From contig NC_067401.1 in NCBI RefSeq assembly GCF_016432865.1, positions 39,432,001-39,496,000 of the forward strand: a DNA stretch of 64,000 nucleotides, given 5' to 3'. A program made the translations under genes and the position numbers. The stretch is from Antechinus flavipes. Lineage: Eukaryota. Below the pieces are notes generated by a model, which searched no databases, had not been told where the DNA came from, and was given only the letters and a program-made list of their open reading frames with translations. Positions 1-12,099 of this stretch are shown here, piece by piece; the first letter of the stretch is position 1, and every line of letters starts with the position of its first letter.

Positions 1-204
1 GAATACCCTGTAATAGTGGCGGACGGGGCAGGGCACGGGTGCAGAGGCCTAAGAGACGTCTCGGGATAGTCCCTGGAAGGGTCGCGGGTCCCGCTGGGCG
101 AAGGCCCTCCGTCTCCCCTGCCCCCGGACTCATCCGGGGAAGATTTAGGGGTGAGCCGAGCGCGTCGCTGCTTCTACTCACTGCCGCACTTTGCCATTCC
201 TCAG

Positions 205-2357
205 CCATTCTGGGCATGTACACACTGATGAGTAACAAGCAGTACTACGATGCCATCTGCAGTGGAGAAATCTGCAACACCGAGGGCATCTCCAGTGAGT
301 GGGCGCCCAGGGGGAGGTGTAGAAGCCAGGTGCTCACCACGGTGGGCACTGAGGGGTGGGCTCACTGCCAGGGGCACAGGTCGGGGGCATAGGGGCTGGA
401 GGCAGTGGGGGAGGGGGGAACATGGGGGAATCCCCCCTCCTCCCCACCCCACTAGGTGTGGTACAGCCTGACAAATACAAGCCAGTCCCAGATGAACCGC
501 CAAATCCTACGGACGTCGAGGAGACGCTGAAGAGAATTCAGAACAATGACCAGGCGCTGGAGGAAGTGAACCTCAACAATATGCAGGTATTGCATTGGAT
601 CCCATCCGGGGGAAAAAATGACTCATTCCAACGGGAAAGCCTCCTGGGAGTAGAAATCTGAATGTCCCCTCTCCTGCTGATAGGACATCGCAGCCTCCAC
701 TCTGATTGAGCTGTGTCAGGCGATGAAGGGGAATACCCACGTCCGGAGCTTCAGTCTGGTGGCTACACGAAGCGGGGACCCCGTAGCCAATGTGAGTCCT
801 GGGGACTTCCTCCTGATCATACCCCTCAGCCCACCTTGGACCCCCAAGGATGCCCATGGGTGTGCTCTGTACGCCGCCCCCTGGATCTTTACCCCTTCTC
901 TTGGGTCCCATCCTTATTACCTCAGGACACATGAAACCATAAACTCAAATGGTAGGAAGGGAAGGTTCCTTAAAACTCACGTAGTTCAGTCCCTCCCTGC
1001 TCCCCATTTTACAGCTGAAATGGTAGCCTGAGAGCACCTAGTCCAGTAGTCCTCCCAGGATGTCGCCCTTCTCCCTGGGCCAGCCTTGAAGGGACTCAGT
1101 GACCCCTAAGGTGCCCAGTTTCCTCAGAGACTGCACAATGCCCCCTTTTCTCTCATTTGGTGTTTCAGTTCCATTCTGCCCTCATTGTCCCCCCCAAATC
1201 CCTCCCAGAGACGTGTTTTCCCGTTGCTCCTGCTTCATCCTACCCGCTGTGACATCCGTTCAGCCCCATGTTCCTGTCATTCAGGCCGTAGCAGAGATGC
1301 TGCGAGAGAACAAGAACCTTCAGAGCCTCAACATCGAGTCCAACTTCATCAGCAGTTCGGGGCTCATGGCCGTGCTAAAGGCTGTTCGGGAGAATTCCAC
1401 ACTCACTGAGCTAAGGATGGATAACCAGGTTCCTAGCTTTCTTCCCCACACCCTGAACTTTCTGTAGAGAGTCCCCCTTAACGTCCCGACTCTGGAGCCA
1501 TCCTTCTCAGACCCCTCAAAGACAGTAATCTTGGGGTAGTAGTAACCAGGGGGATGGACAGTCTGTATTCTCTCTTCCTCCCACCCTTCCAGCGTCACTG
1601 GCCAGGGGATGCTGTAGAGATGGAAATGGCCGCCATGCTGGAGCACTGCCCAGCCATCGTACGATTTGGATACCACTTCACACAGCAAGGACCGCGGGCT
1701 CGGGCAGCTCGAGCAGTGACCCGGAACAACGAATTACGTAAGGGACCACTGGGCTGGAGGAAGTTATTTGGGGTTGGTTCTTCCAGCATTAAGTTCAGTG
1801 TGACTAGGCAAGGTCCAGCAGAAATCTGAGGCACTAAGCTCTGCCCAGAGGAAGTTCTGAGTGGCTCACCTAGGAGTGGGCCAGCTTGTTGCCATATACT
1901 CAGGAGACACAGATGAATCTGCCCTTTCCTCCCTGGGGTGCTCCCTTCATCATTGGCCCAGATCAGAGCCCAAGTGTCCCCCTTATTCTCTGTGACTTCA
2001 GTCTAGGCCCTCCAGCTAAGGCTTCCTCAAAGTGTCTTGTTCTCCAGTTTGCACACCAGCTGTCTGCCCCTTATTGTGGGCTCTCCCATTCTGTACTCCT
2101 TTCCTCCTGCCTTCATTTCTCTGATGACATTACTTCCATACAGATCCCTGGGTAATAGGTACTGGGAGACAGAGGACAGCTTTATTAAGGGAACAGGGGA
2201 GCACAGAAGTCACATGTCTTAAGACACTACCTTCCATGGGGATCTTAGGGAGGAAAGAATAAATGAAGATCATTCTTCTGAACAGGCTCAAAGCCGAGTC
2301 TTGGGTTCAGATTCACTTCCCCCTACTTCCACAGGTCGGCAGCAGAAGAAGTCATAA
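205..2357 (+). CDS. TMOD4: Tropomodulin-4, 3' part (5' exons lie outside the window)
   Basis: Exons 205-294, 456-586, 684-791, 1285-1428, 1593-1737 and 2335-2357, all AG/GT bounded and in phase. They encode AILGMYTLMSNKQYYDAIC..., VVQPDKYKPVPDEPPNPT..., AVAEMLRENKNLQSLNIESNFIS..., RHWPGDAVEMEMA...FGYHFTQQGPRARAA and RRQQKKS*, the tropomodulin LRR domain matching mammalian TMOD4. Confidence 0.96.
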
Positions 2358-2424
2358 CGCCATCCTTCCCTATTGTTTAAAGCTGGGACCCCTGGATGCG
2401 GAATGCCCATCTCCCCTTCCTGTA

Positions 2425-2430
2425 AATAAA
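2425..2430 (+). terminator. TMOD4 polyadenylation signal AATAAA
   Basis: AATAAA 68 nt after the TAA, followed by T-rich sequence (ggtctttttg). Confidence 0.75.
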
Positions 2431-2981
2431 GGTCTTTTTGCCCACTTCACCTGTCTCTTTCTCTGGCCTGGGACTGGAAAAGTGGGGAGGTGATCTTGGC
2501 ACAAAACCCCCTTCCCAGAGTGTCTGCCAGTTCACTAGGGGATTATTTATACCCCAGAGATCAGCAGGTTCTAGGCTCAGGTTACCACTAAGAGGAGAAA
2601 AAAATCCCTGCCTTTATCAGGGCCCTTATGCCTGCGACGGCCCCAACACACACAACCCTTCTTTATTTCCACTCAGTGTTGGCTCCTCCAGCACCTCTGA
2701 ATGTGGCCGCCCTGCGAAAGCAGAAAAAGCCCCTGTGGAAATAGGAGGGAGAGCAGGGGGAGCTTAGGTGAGGTCTCTGACAACTCAAAGGGCAGCGAAC
2801 TGCCCTATATACTTTATTAATAGGGCAGAAGGCTGGGTGCAGCTGACGCTTGGCAGGGTTCTGGCAGGGCGGGTGTGGTATAGGCAGTTGGGCCACCCGC
2901 AGGGGTAGGACGGACCCAAATTGCTGGAATGGCCCAGAGAGCCAGACCTCAGAGGAAGAAAGAACCCAGTCTCTTCTCGGG

Positions 2982-2987
2982 TTTATT
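2982..2987 (-). terminator. SCNM1 proximal polyadenylation signal (AATAAA on -); further ones at 2813-2818 and 2662-2667
   Basis: tttatt on + about 25 nt past the SCNM1 stop codon. Confidence 0.6.
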
Positions 2988-3011
2988 TAAACAAAAGGTG
3001 GGGGGAGGGTA

Positions 3012-6000
3012 TTAATCCAAGGGGAGATCCGGGGGTTCCTCTTCATCAGAATCAAACTCCACATTCTTGTCTTTTACCCACTGACCTCTTCCATCCTGGA
3101 TCCACCCTGAGCTGTGAGCAGAGAAAATAGGTCTGGTCAAAATGAGGGATGGGTTCACAGAAGGGAAGGAGAAAAGAAAACAGGGCCAAGAAGCAGCGGG
3201 AAGGCGCAGTGGATAGAGCACCGCCTGGGGTCAGGAGAGCCTGAGTTCAAATCTGGCCACAGATACTTAACACTTCCTAGCTGTGTGACCATGGGTAAGT
3301 CACTTAACCAACTGCCTCACCCCAGCCCCCAACAAAAAGAAAGAAAACAAGACCACATCTGAGACAAAGAGAAACAAGGCATCCCACTACCCACCTGCGC
3401 AGGCTCAGATAATGGTCCAACACCTTTCGTCGGGTTGGACTCAAGGGCACGGGGGCTGGCGCTGCTGCTGATCCCTTCCGGGTCTGTCTATCACTCTTAG
3501 ACTTGGGTGCTCTGCCAGCGTTCTGGTCCGAAGGTGCCTCCGTCTGTGGGGGCCTGGACGGGAGGGGGGGAGCTGAGGGCGAAGGAGATTCTGGTCTGAG
3601 GGAGAAGAAGCAGAGCTTAGCATCTTAATATAGCGGGAGAGTTCCAAATAGACAGGTGGTTTAGACATAAAGAGGGATAAGCAAATTAGTGGAGCATCAA
3701 AGAAATGATCTGTCAGAGCTAGAGAAAAATTCATGACCAAAAGAGGTAAAATGGTTTTTTATTATACAAAATTAAAAAGATTTTATACAAATGAAACCAA
3801 AACAGCTAAATTGGAAGAAAAGCAGGACACTGGGGGAAATTCTTTGCAGCAAATCTCTCTCATAAAGGTCTCCTTTCTAAAATATATAGAGAATTAAGTC
3901 AAATTTTCAAGAATAAGAGCCACACTCCAAATGACAGTGAAAGGATATGAATAAGCAGTTTTCAGAGGAGGAAATCTAAGATATCAATAACCATATTTTA
4001 AAAAATGCTCTAAGTCACTAATTATTAGAAAAATGCAAATTAAAACAACACTGAAATATCTCACACCCATCAGATTGTCTAAAATGACAAATGCTAGAAG
4101 GCACGTGAGAAAACAGATATGCTAATGCACTGTTAGTAGAGCTGTGAACTAGTCCAACCATTATGGAAGGCCATTTGTAACTATACTTAAAAAACTACGA
4201 AACTGTATCTACCTTTTGACCCAGGGATATCTCTACTAGACCAAAGAGATCAAAGGAGGAAAAAAACTACTGTACAAAAATATTTATAGCAGTTTGTTTG
4301 TAGTGGGAAGGAACTATTGGAAACTGAGGGGATACCCTTCCATTGGAGTAGTGACTTAACAAGTTATAGTATATGAATGAAATGATGAGCCAGATAAAAT
4401 GCAGATTCAGGCATCAAGGAGTATTTTTCTGTTTTTTTCTCTCCTTTGTGTCTCTCTTTCTCTGCTGGTTATGATTAATGTGCAAATTTGTTTTGGATGA
4501 TTATACATAATTGTAATGGACTTCTTAATGGATAAGGAAGAGTAATATAGAGACGATCAAACTGAGAAATAACATGAATTGAATTTTTAAAGTTTACAGT
4601 GTTGGGGAGGGAGCCAGTTATCTTTTATCTCTTATACACCAGAGCTATCTGTAATATTCTTCTCTTTAAATATAATGTTTTCTGGGAGCAGGTTTCTTTG
4701 GGGGGGGGGCTTCTGGAGGCAGCCTTAATTTCAGTTCAGTGTAATCACCCCAAATGCAGCCAGGAGTTAAAGTCCAAATCCTTTGTCTCCTTCAAAGTCT
4801 TATCTTCTTCACTTGGGGCTCGGCTAGTTTTTCTTAGAGGCCTTCTGTAATCTTGGTTCCGGGAGCTTAAGCTGCCTTCTCTGGCTTGTGAATATCCCAG
4901 ACTGAATCCTGGCTGAGGCTCCGAAAGCTTCTAGTGGGCTTGTCCTTTCTGGCCCTGATAGCTCCTCCTTATATCTTCCACACTGAGTATACACCAATCA
5001 TTATATCACTAGGAAGCCATTATTTGTTGCTAAACTAGATTTAACCATCTCTTCAATTCCACTTACTTAGCACCTTGTAAGAATCCTAACAGCTGTCTAC
5101 TTCTGTTCTCTCATCTCAGAAACAACTCCCATAAATCCAATGCCCAGTCTCTACTGTAATTCCCTTTCTTAACTTCTCAACTTTTTGATATTCCCGTCTT
5201 CACATCTTTATGTTTTTGAAAGCATTCATTTAACAGTTACGTAGCCACTGTGCTAGGTGCCAGGAGAGCCTGAAAATTAAGATCTATGTCTCCATGGAGT
5301 TTTAGGGACAAACGCTTCTAGACTGAGTGCTCCACTTTTTATTCTTTCCTTTTTTTCTTGTTTTTCAACAACTACTGCCACCAATACTCCTACCTCCATC
5401 CTCTCATTTCTCCTTATTTCTCTCTTCTACCCAAAGTTACCTGTTCTTCTGCCTTCGACAGCAACTGTTATAATTTGGGGCTCTGCGCAGGGCACTTTGA
5501 GTGATTAGCCGGGTCTGGGTCAGCAGAGGAGCCTGATGGGAAGCAGAGGGAAAGAAACACTCTCACACTTGGGGTGGAAGCAGATACCTGAAGCCTCCCA
5601 AGATGGCACAATCCCCCCTTTTCAGTTACCTGGTTCCCTGTCTTCTCCGAGCTCCATTCTTCCTGCTGCTTTGGAGTCTGTTCTTCTCCTTTCCACTGGT
5701 GCTTTTTGCCATAGAAATCTTGCAGGCCTAGTAGGAAAGGGGCATTTAGCACGGCTTGGGAAGGCTTGGTTAAGCTGATGTTCTGTAACTTTTAACCCTG
5801 CAACTTACTGGCCACGTGCCTCTTCCCTGCCCGGTGAGCAGTTAGCATGGTCAGTGTGTCCAATACCGGCCGGTGGGGACAGACAGCGCAGGCAAACCTG
5901 AGGGGAAACTGAGGTCTCAGGAGCGCTGGCACCCCAGGGCTGCCCCTCCGTCTCCCAGCCCAGGTCCTCCCATCCTCTGCCAGCCCTGTCGCCCACCGTG

Positions 6001-6973
6001 CTCCCCCCTTCCGGAACCTCACCGTCCCCTGGTCGGCCCGAGTCTGAGCCCCTCCCCCACCTCACCGTCCATCTCGGAGCATCAGTGCCTCATCTTCTGG
6101 GATGTAACTGGCCAGCAGGTCCCCAACTCTGCGCTTCTGGAAAGGGGTAAACAAGGCGGGGCGGAGCTGGAACCAGGCATTCTGGTGTGGCGGGCGAGCG
6201 GGAGGGACTGGGGGAGACCAGGCCCAGAGACACCCCCCAGGGGCGCAGACACTGTCACTCTCCCGGAGCCCCGCCTCCCTGCGCGGGGGCGGGCACCCGA
6301 GCTGCGAGGGAGGGAGAGCAGGGAGTGTCCGCACGCATCCCGGGGACGGGGCTCTGGCGGTTTTCACGTTTTTTACAGTTTACAGCTGACTCCGGGAGCT
6401 GTTCCCAAAAGGCCGAACAGTCAATAAACACACATTAAGGGGCCGTGGCGGGCCGGGTGCTAAGGCGGGGACACACAAGAACAACCTGGAGGAGTTTACA
6501 ATCTAATAACGGGAAAAGAGCACCCAAAACAAATCTGAGAAGTGGGGCGGGGGTACCCCAGAAGCTCCAAATGGGTGCAGGCCGGGGGTAACGAAGGGAC
6601 GTCCGGAGGGATGTCTGTCCCCCCCGGCATTAGGAGGGGGCCCACCGGGGCTGGCAAAATAAACTTGGCGGAGGAGCATGGGCATTGAAAACTGGAGATG
6701 CATCCCCCTAAACGAACGTGCCCTAGCCAAAGCCCCGCGTGGCCAAGCTGGGCCTGGCTCTCGCGTAGAGTAAATGGAGGAGAGAAACAGGGCTCGCCCC
6801 CTCCCCTTTCTCCCCGTCCCGGAATCCCTTCTGTTCTCCGTTCCCCGAATCGCCCCGCCCCTTAAGGGGTTGCCGAGGCAGCTCGAGAGCTCAGAGGCGA
6901 CAACCACCACGCTCACTCTCACCTTGAGCACATTGAGTTGGCTCCAGTCATCCCCCTCCCTCTTGAAGGACAT
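3012..6973 (-). CDS. SCNM1: Sodium channel modifier 1 (minor-spliceosome zinc-finger protein), 233 aa, 7 exons
   Basis: Exons on the - strand: 6923-6973, 6066-6136, 5809-5897, 5630-5727, 5441-5532, 3395-3595, 3012-3111 (702 nt). They encode MSFKREGDDWSQLNVLK/KRRVGDLLASYIPEDEALMLRDGR/FACAVCPHRPVLDTL (C2H2 zinc finger) through ...SGWIQDGRGQWVKDKNVEFDSDEEEPPDLPLD*. Confidence 0.97.
3190..3318 (+). mobile_element. tRNA-derived marsupial CORE-SINE in SCNM1 intron 6
   Basis: gcagtggatagagc...ctgagttcaaatctggcc...ctgtgtgaccatgggtaagtcacttaac: A/B-box-like head plus CORE domain. Confidence 0.85.
3690..4590 (+). mobile_element. Degenerate LINE-1 ORF2 3' end/3' UTR fragment in SCNM1 intron 5
   Basis: aaatgcaaattaaaacaacactga...cacacccatcagattg and ...ggaaactgaggggatacccttccattgg are typical L1 ORF2 C-terminal sequences. 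Confidence 0.8.
4600..5091 (-). mobile_element. Solo LTR of an endogenous retrovirus, same sense as SCNM1
   Basis: About 490 bp bounded by TGTTGG...CCTAACA (TG...CA with short inverted ends). TATAAG on the - strand near 4968-4973. No target-site duplication (TSD) recognisable. Confidence 0.65.
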
Positions 6974-7644
6974 GGTACCTATCGCAGCTCTCCTTCATAA
7001 ACTATAGCAGGTCTACCACCTAGACTCCGAAGCCTTCACAGCCACCGTAGCTTCCACGGGGGCGGGGCGGGGACGGTATTTTTTTGGTTGGTTGGTTTCT
7101 CACTTCCGGGGCCTGTGTTTCCGGGAATGCGAAGCATCTTTCTGCAGCTTTCTCTGATTGGCCTCGCGTAGAAGAACTACATTATCCAGAATGCTTTGGG
7201 ATGCCGCGGCTCTCTGGGAATTCAAGTCTTTCCCTGTGTCTCTAAAGCCCCGGGTGCTTATAAGGCCCTTTAAAACGGAGGATTCAGGACTATCTCTCGG
7301 TCCCGGAGCCCGCATGGGCGCCGTGAGTTTTCACCCGGGCCGAGGGAGGACCTGACCCAGCCGTGTTCGCAAGGACGTCTCTAGGGCCCCAGCCTCGCGC
7401 CTCACCGGCCGTGGGCAGCGATCGTACCGGCTGCTGTGGAACCCGGCGCCGGGGCCTTGAACGGGAGGGGCGGGGCCCCGCACTTGAGCTTGACCGAGGC
7501 CGGAGATCCGCAGCCCGGAACGGGAGTCGGCGGCCTATGGCTAAAGCCGGCCCCCGGGATCTGGGTTGATTGGGACGCCTCGAAAGTCAGGGGTCAGAGG
7601 GCGTCAGGGTCGAAGGTCAGGACCTAGGCTGGGCCGGCGAGGCC
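6974..7644. promoter_or_regulatory. Bidirectional CpG-island promoter shared by SCNM1 and LYSMD1
   Basis: Divergent ATGs 672 bp apart, CpG-rich. GC boxes at ~7059-7072, CCGGAAGTG ETS/GABP motif (- strand, 7101-7109) and ATTGG at ~7157. Confidence 0.85.
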
Positions 7645-10583
7645 ATGGCGTCCCCCTCCCGGCAGGCGTCCCCGGGAGGGTCGGGTCTCCTTCGAGGGAG
7701 TCGGGCTCGGTCTTACGGCAGCCTGGTTCAGTCGGCCTGCTCCCCGGTGCGCGAGCGGCGCGTGGAGCACCTGCTGGAGCCCGGGGACACCCTGGCCGGC
7801 CTGGCCCTCAAGTACGGGGTGACGGTGAGTGGGCGGGAAGCACGGCGGGCCCAGCCTGCAGGAGGGCTTACCCCGGACCCCGGGCTGTGGCGAGGCAGGG
7901 CTCTGATCCTGACTGCTCTAGACCCGGACGCCGGGTTGGCCTCTCCTGGGGCGAGCAGCCTTCTCCCCTTCCTCATTCCCCACTCCGATGAAATCATACT
8001 CATTTTCCTCGGGATAATTCGTTATATGGAGAGTGGGACCGTGAGGTTATAAGTTATCTCCTCTTAACCACGACCTGGAGTGATCAGTGCCACGCTCCTC
8101 ATTTTACAGATGAGCAAACTGAGGCTCAGACAAATGAAGTGATTTTGCCTGGATTTGGCAGTTAGCAATAATCTGAGTCTAATAGTCGGGTCTTCCTCGT
8201 CCCCGCCGGGCGCTTTTACCCACGTTGTAGCCTCTCTACCCCAACTTGGGGAACCGGGAGTGACCCTTGGCCCCCTCAGTGCCCCAGGGGAGAGACCCTG
8301 AAGGTTCTGGATGTCAAGCCCGGGTTATGGGAAAGTACTCCCTGTGATTGCAGAAATGCACCCCCAAAAGCTGACGCTGATAACGAAATACAGGCGACAC
8401 TAGGGGCAGAAACGGACAAGAGTTTGTGGGGGGCTTTATTCCATGTTTTGGCATTGGGCTAATCGAGTGCGCGCTGCCAGGCTGAGAACTGGGGAGCCGG
8501 ACCCTTGCCGATGTTCCAGCCAGACGCACTTGTCCAGGCTTCAGGCAAAGAGGGACGGTCCAAGCGTGGTTGTGAGGAGACAGTTGTAGTATAACCCCGA
8601 GAAATCATTTTTAAAAACCACTTCGAAGAACAAAGGGGCTCTTCAAATTCAAAGCATTATTAATTTTGGGATATAATCCAAGCTATCTGATTTTAATAAT
8701 AATATTCTCTCTGGAGCATTTTAAAGCTCTCAAAATGTTTTATGTTACTCATTTTGGTCCTCACGACAATTTTGTGAGTTAGGTGCTATTGTTAGATTCG
8801 TTTTACAGATGGAGAAACTGAGTGTGAGAGTAACTTTCCCATGATTCAAACTGGGATTTCTCAGACTCCAAATCCAGTGCTCTTTTATTCAAGTTTTGGG
8901 CTAAAACAGAAATGTATTGCTTATCTATCAAGATTCTAGAAATTGGAATGGATGCCTCCTAACACTGACTTTAGAGACTGATTCTCAGTACTGCCTTCCC
9001 AATGTGTTATGCCCCATTTGAACCAAGGTATATGATCCAGAAATGCTGACAAGTTCATATGAACATTAATAGTAAATATTTCAGGATACCAAGTTTATAA
9101 GTTGCCCTGAGTTTTTTAGAGTTTGCCTCTAACTTTTTCTGTGTTCTCAGACAAAGCATGATCTCTTATGTCGGCCTCAGTATGTTCATCCTTAACATAA
9201 GGATAACACCTATCCTCCCTATTCTTCAGGATGCTAGTTAATATCAAATAAAGAAATGGATTTGAAAATACATAAAAAATTTGAAATATTATAAACTTGT
9301 AAACTACATTATTATTGCTGTTATTAATCTGGTGCCCTTCTCTTTTCCCCTCCCAAGATGGAACAGATTAAGCGTGTTAACCGCCTTTATACTAATGACT
9401 CCATCTTCCTCAAGAAAACTCTCTATATTCCCATCCTGACTGAGCCCCGGGGACTATTCAATGGGCTGGATTCTGAGGAGGAAGAAGAAGAAGAAATGTC
9501 ATTGAGTCAGAGTGGATCTGAAGCCTCCTCAGGCTTGAAGAAAAAAACAGAGGAAAAAGCCAGTGGTGAAGGCCATTCCTCCAGAGGTAGTCAGGACCTT
9601 CCCATAGCCAGCCATGACCTTTCTGCCACTGATTTCCTCAAGAAGATCGATTCACAGATCAGTCTGTCAAAGAAAGCTGCTGTCAAGAAGTTGAAGAAAG
9701 GTGAAAGTGGGTAAGTCTTTGGTGTGTCTGAGTGGATATCTTTCGTCCATTGCCAGAGTGGAGAATATCTGGCCCGTGGGCCACATAAAGCCTGAGAAAT
9801 CATTTGGTAAGGCAGCTAGCCACAGGCAGGGAAGAACTGAAAGATAGGTACAACAACCCCCCACTATTTGAATTCTATACGAAGATAATTTCGTATGGCT
9901 CTCAAATGATATTATGAATATCCAAATGGATCTTGGCAGAAAAAAGATTCCCTAACTCTAGTGTAGTAAAAGAGCTCAGAATTGGGCATCAGGAGGTGGA
10001 AGCCAGGTCTTAGCATCGAAACACTGGGAACCCCATTTTCTCTCTCTTAAAAATCAAGGAGTTGGGTTAGATGTGCTCAGAGGCTCTTTCCAGCTTACAA
10101 TTTGAATCCCAGAAGCAACATGAGCTAACCTTGCTGGAATAGATCTATGTATGAGGAACAGGAGGTTATGGTTTCAAGTTCCTCTTAATACTCTGTCCTT
10201 CCAGAGGCAAGGCAAACTGAGCCTTGGGCAGACTTGGCATCAGTACCATGGCAGCTTGCTAGATGTCTCTCTCTCTCTCTCTGTTTAGCTCACACACTCT
10301 CACTTTCCCCCCAGAGTTGTTCTTTCAAATGAGAATTTGCTTGTGTGCTTAATGCAGTGCCTGGCACATAATAGGTACTTAATAAATATTTATTCTTTCC
10401 CTTCCTCCTTTCCTGATCACTTTTCCCTTAATCTTTACCTGCAGGGTACCTGGGGAAGATCTGCATCCCCATTTGGCTTCCCCCCGAAAGCAGCAGCGGG
10501 CAGTACTGGGCCCTGTACCCCTGACTCGAACCACAAGGGCAGCCACTTTACGGGACCAGGAAGATGAAATCTTTAAACTCTGA
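7645..10583 (+). CDS. LYSMD1: LysM domain-containing protein 1, 223 aa, 3 exons
   Basis: Exons 7645-7824, 9358-9710 and 10445-10583 (672 nt). They encode MASPSRQA...EHLLEPGDTLAGLALKYGVT/MEQIKRVNRLYTNDSIFLKKTLYIPIL (LysM domain) through ...GPVPLTRTTRAATLRDQEDEIFKL*. Confidence 0.97.
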
Positions 10584-11574
10584 TACCCCCAAAACTTTTG
10601 GGAAGAGAGAAGCAGGAGAGGAGAACCTGTCTGGTGGGGAGTTCAGCCTGGGGTGAAAGTTGAGGATCTACCATCTCAGCCCATTCCCCCTTTGGCTTCT
10701 CTGCCCTGCCCCCTGTTCCCTGCCCTGGCCTTCTTGTTGCTGTCAGGGACCATAGGCTATGGGAGGAATTGTAGGCAAGAATGGAAGGGTCGAGATTAGA
10801 TCCTGTCCAAATTCTTTTGGCTGAATCTCGGTTCTTTCTGTCCCTTTCCTACTCTCTCTGGTTCCTGTTACAGTTCCTTGGCCTTACCATAGGGTGGAGG
10901 GATCTTCAGAACTTGTCCCCCCTCTCCCTCCCACCCTTCTCTCTAATTTATTTGGTGCTATGTTAGAATCCTATTTATTGGCTCTATTTTGTTTTCCTAG
11001 CAGAAGATAGCATCTCAGGGGATGGTGGCTAAGGAATGATCAGCCATGATGGCTGCTCCCCTAGTCCTCTCACTCTAGCAAGCCTGGGGACCCTTGGGAG
11101 CATGGGTACTCCTGAGCCCCAACCCCTGCTATGTGGCACTGAGGTACTACACTGTACCAACTTTCTCCCCCAAATCAAGAAGTGAAATGCTGGACTTAGC
11201 CTTGACCTAAGAAGTCCTGTTGTCTTTCTCATGGCTCAGAAGGTTAGAAATTTTGGTCATCCTTCCCTTTTCTGCCACTTTTCTGCCCTGTTGCCCTGAG
11301 CTTTACATTGAGGTGGACCGAGGGAGAATGACCACTTGGATGGGCAGTCTGGGATTGAATGAGCAGGCCTGACTCCCTGGGTTGTGTACGCATGTGTACG
11401 CACCTCTCCCCTCACAGATTGAACGCCAGAGGCTTCCTTTGTGGCCTTCTGGTTCCTTTCTTTCTCTCCATTGCATACTTATTTGTGGTTTGTAGCACCA
11501 GCTTGAGGTGTAGTTTCCGTGTTTTTGAAGAGAAAACAGCAGGCTAGGGAGGCTGTTTGGGGCTAAGAGTCTGC

Positions 11575-11580
11575 TTTATT
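11575..11580 (-). terminator. Probable TNFAIP8L2 polyadenylation signal (AATAAA on -)
   Basis: First AATAAA on the - strand after the TIPE2 stop (about 520 nt downstream). Confidence 0.6.
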
Positions 11581-12099
11581 TTGTTATTTAACGTTGGATG
11601 TGGAGAAAAGTGAATGTGTTTTCCCATTCCCCTCTCCCTGTGTTGATAGTAAGTTGTTAGAAACTGCAGAGATTAAACATGGAGCCCTGTACACGTTTTA
11701 GCAGATTTATTTCCCTTCTATCTTCCCTGTCCTGACCCTCTCTGGGAGCGAGGCTTCTGGCCTCCATCTCATCTGTCTCTGGCCTGGCCTTGAGTTTGAC
11801 GCTTCCCCCATCAGCAGCTTGGGGTACTGATCTCCTTCCTCCTGGAAGGGGTTTCCCCACATCATGTGTCTCGTTTAGGGGGAAGTAGAAGATCCGACTT
11901 TCACTTCAATTTTTTCAGGCAGCTTGGTTTCCTGTCCTGGTGGCCAGAGGCCCAGGGGAGGGAAGGGCTTATGAACCCCTGCTGGTCCCCAGAGCCCATC
12001 ACACTCCAAGGAGACCCAAGCCAGGACCTGGAGAGCCGGGCCGGGTGTCTCTTTGAGTCCGCTGCCTCGATGGGGCCAGTGGAGCTGGGGAAGCGGTCC

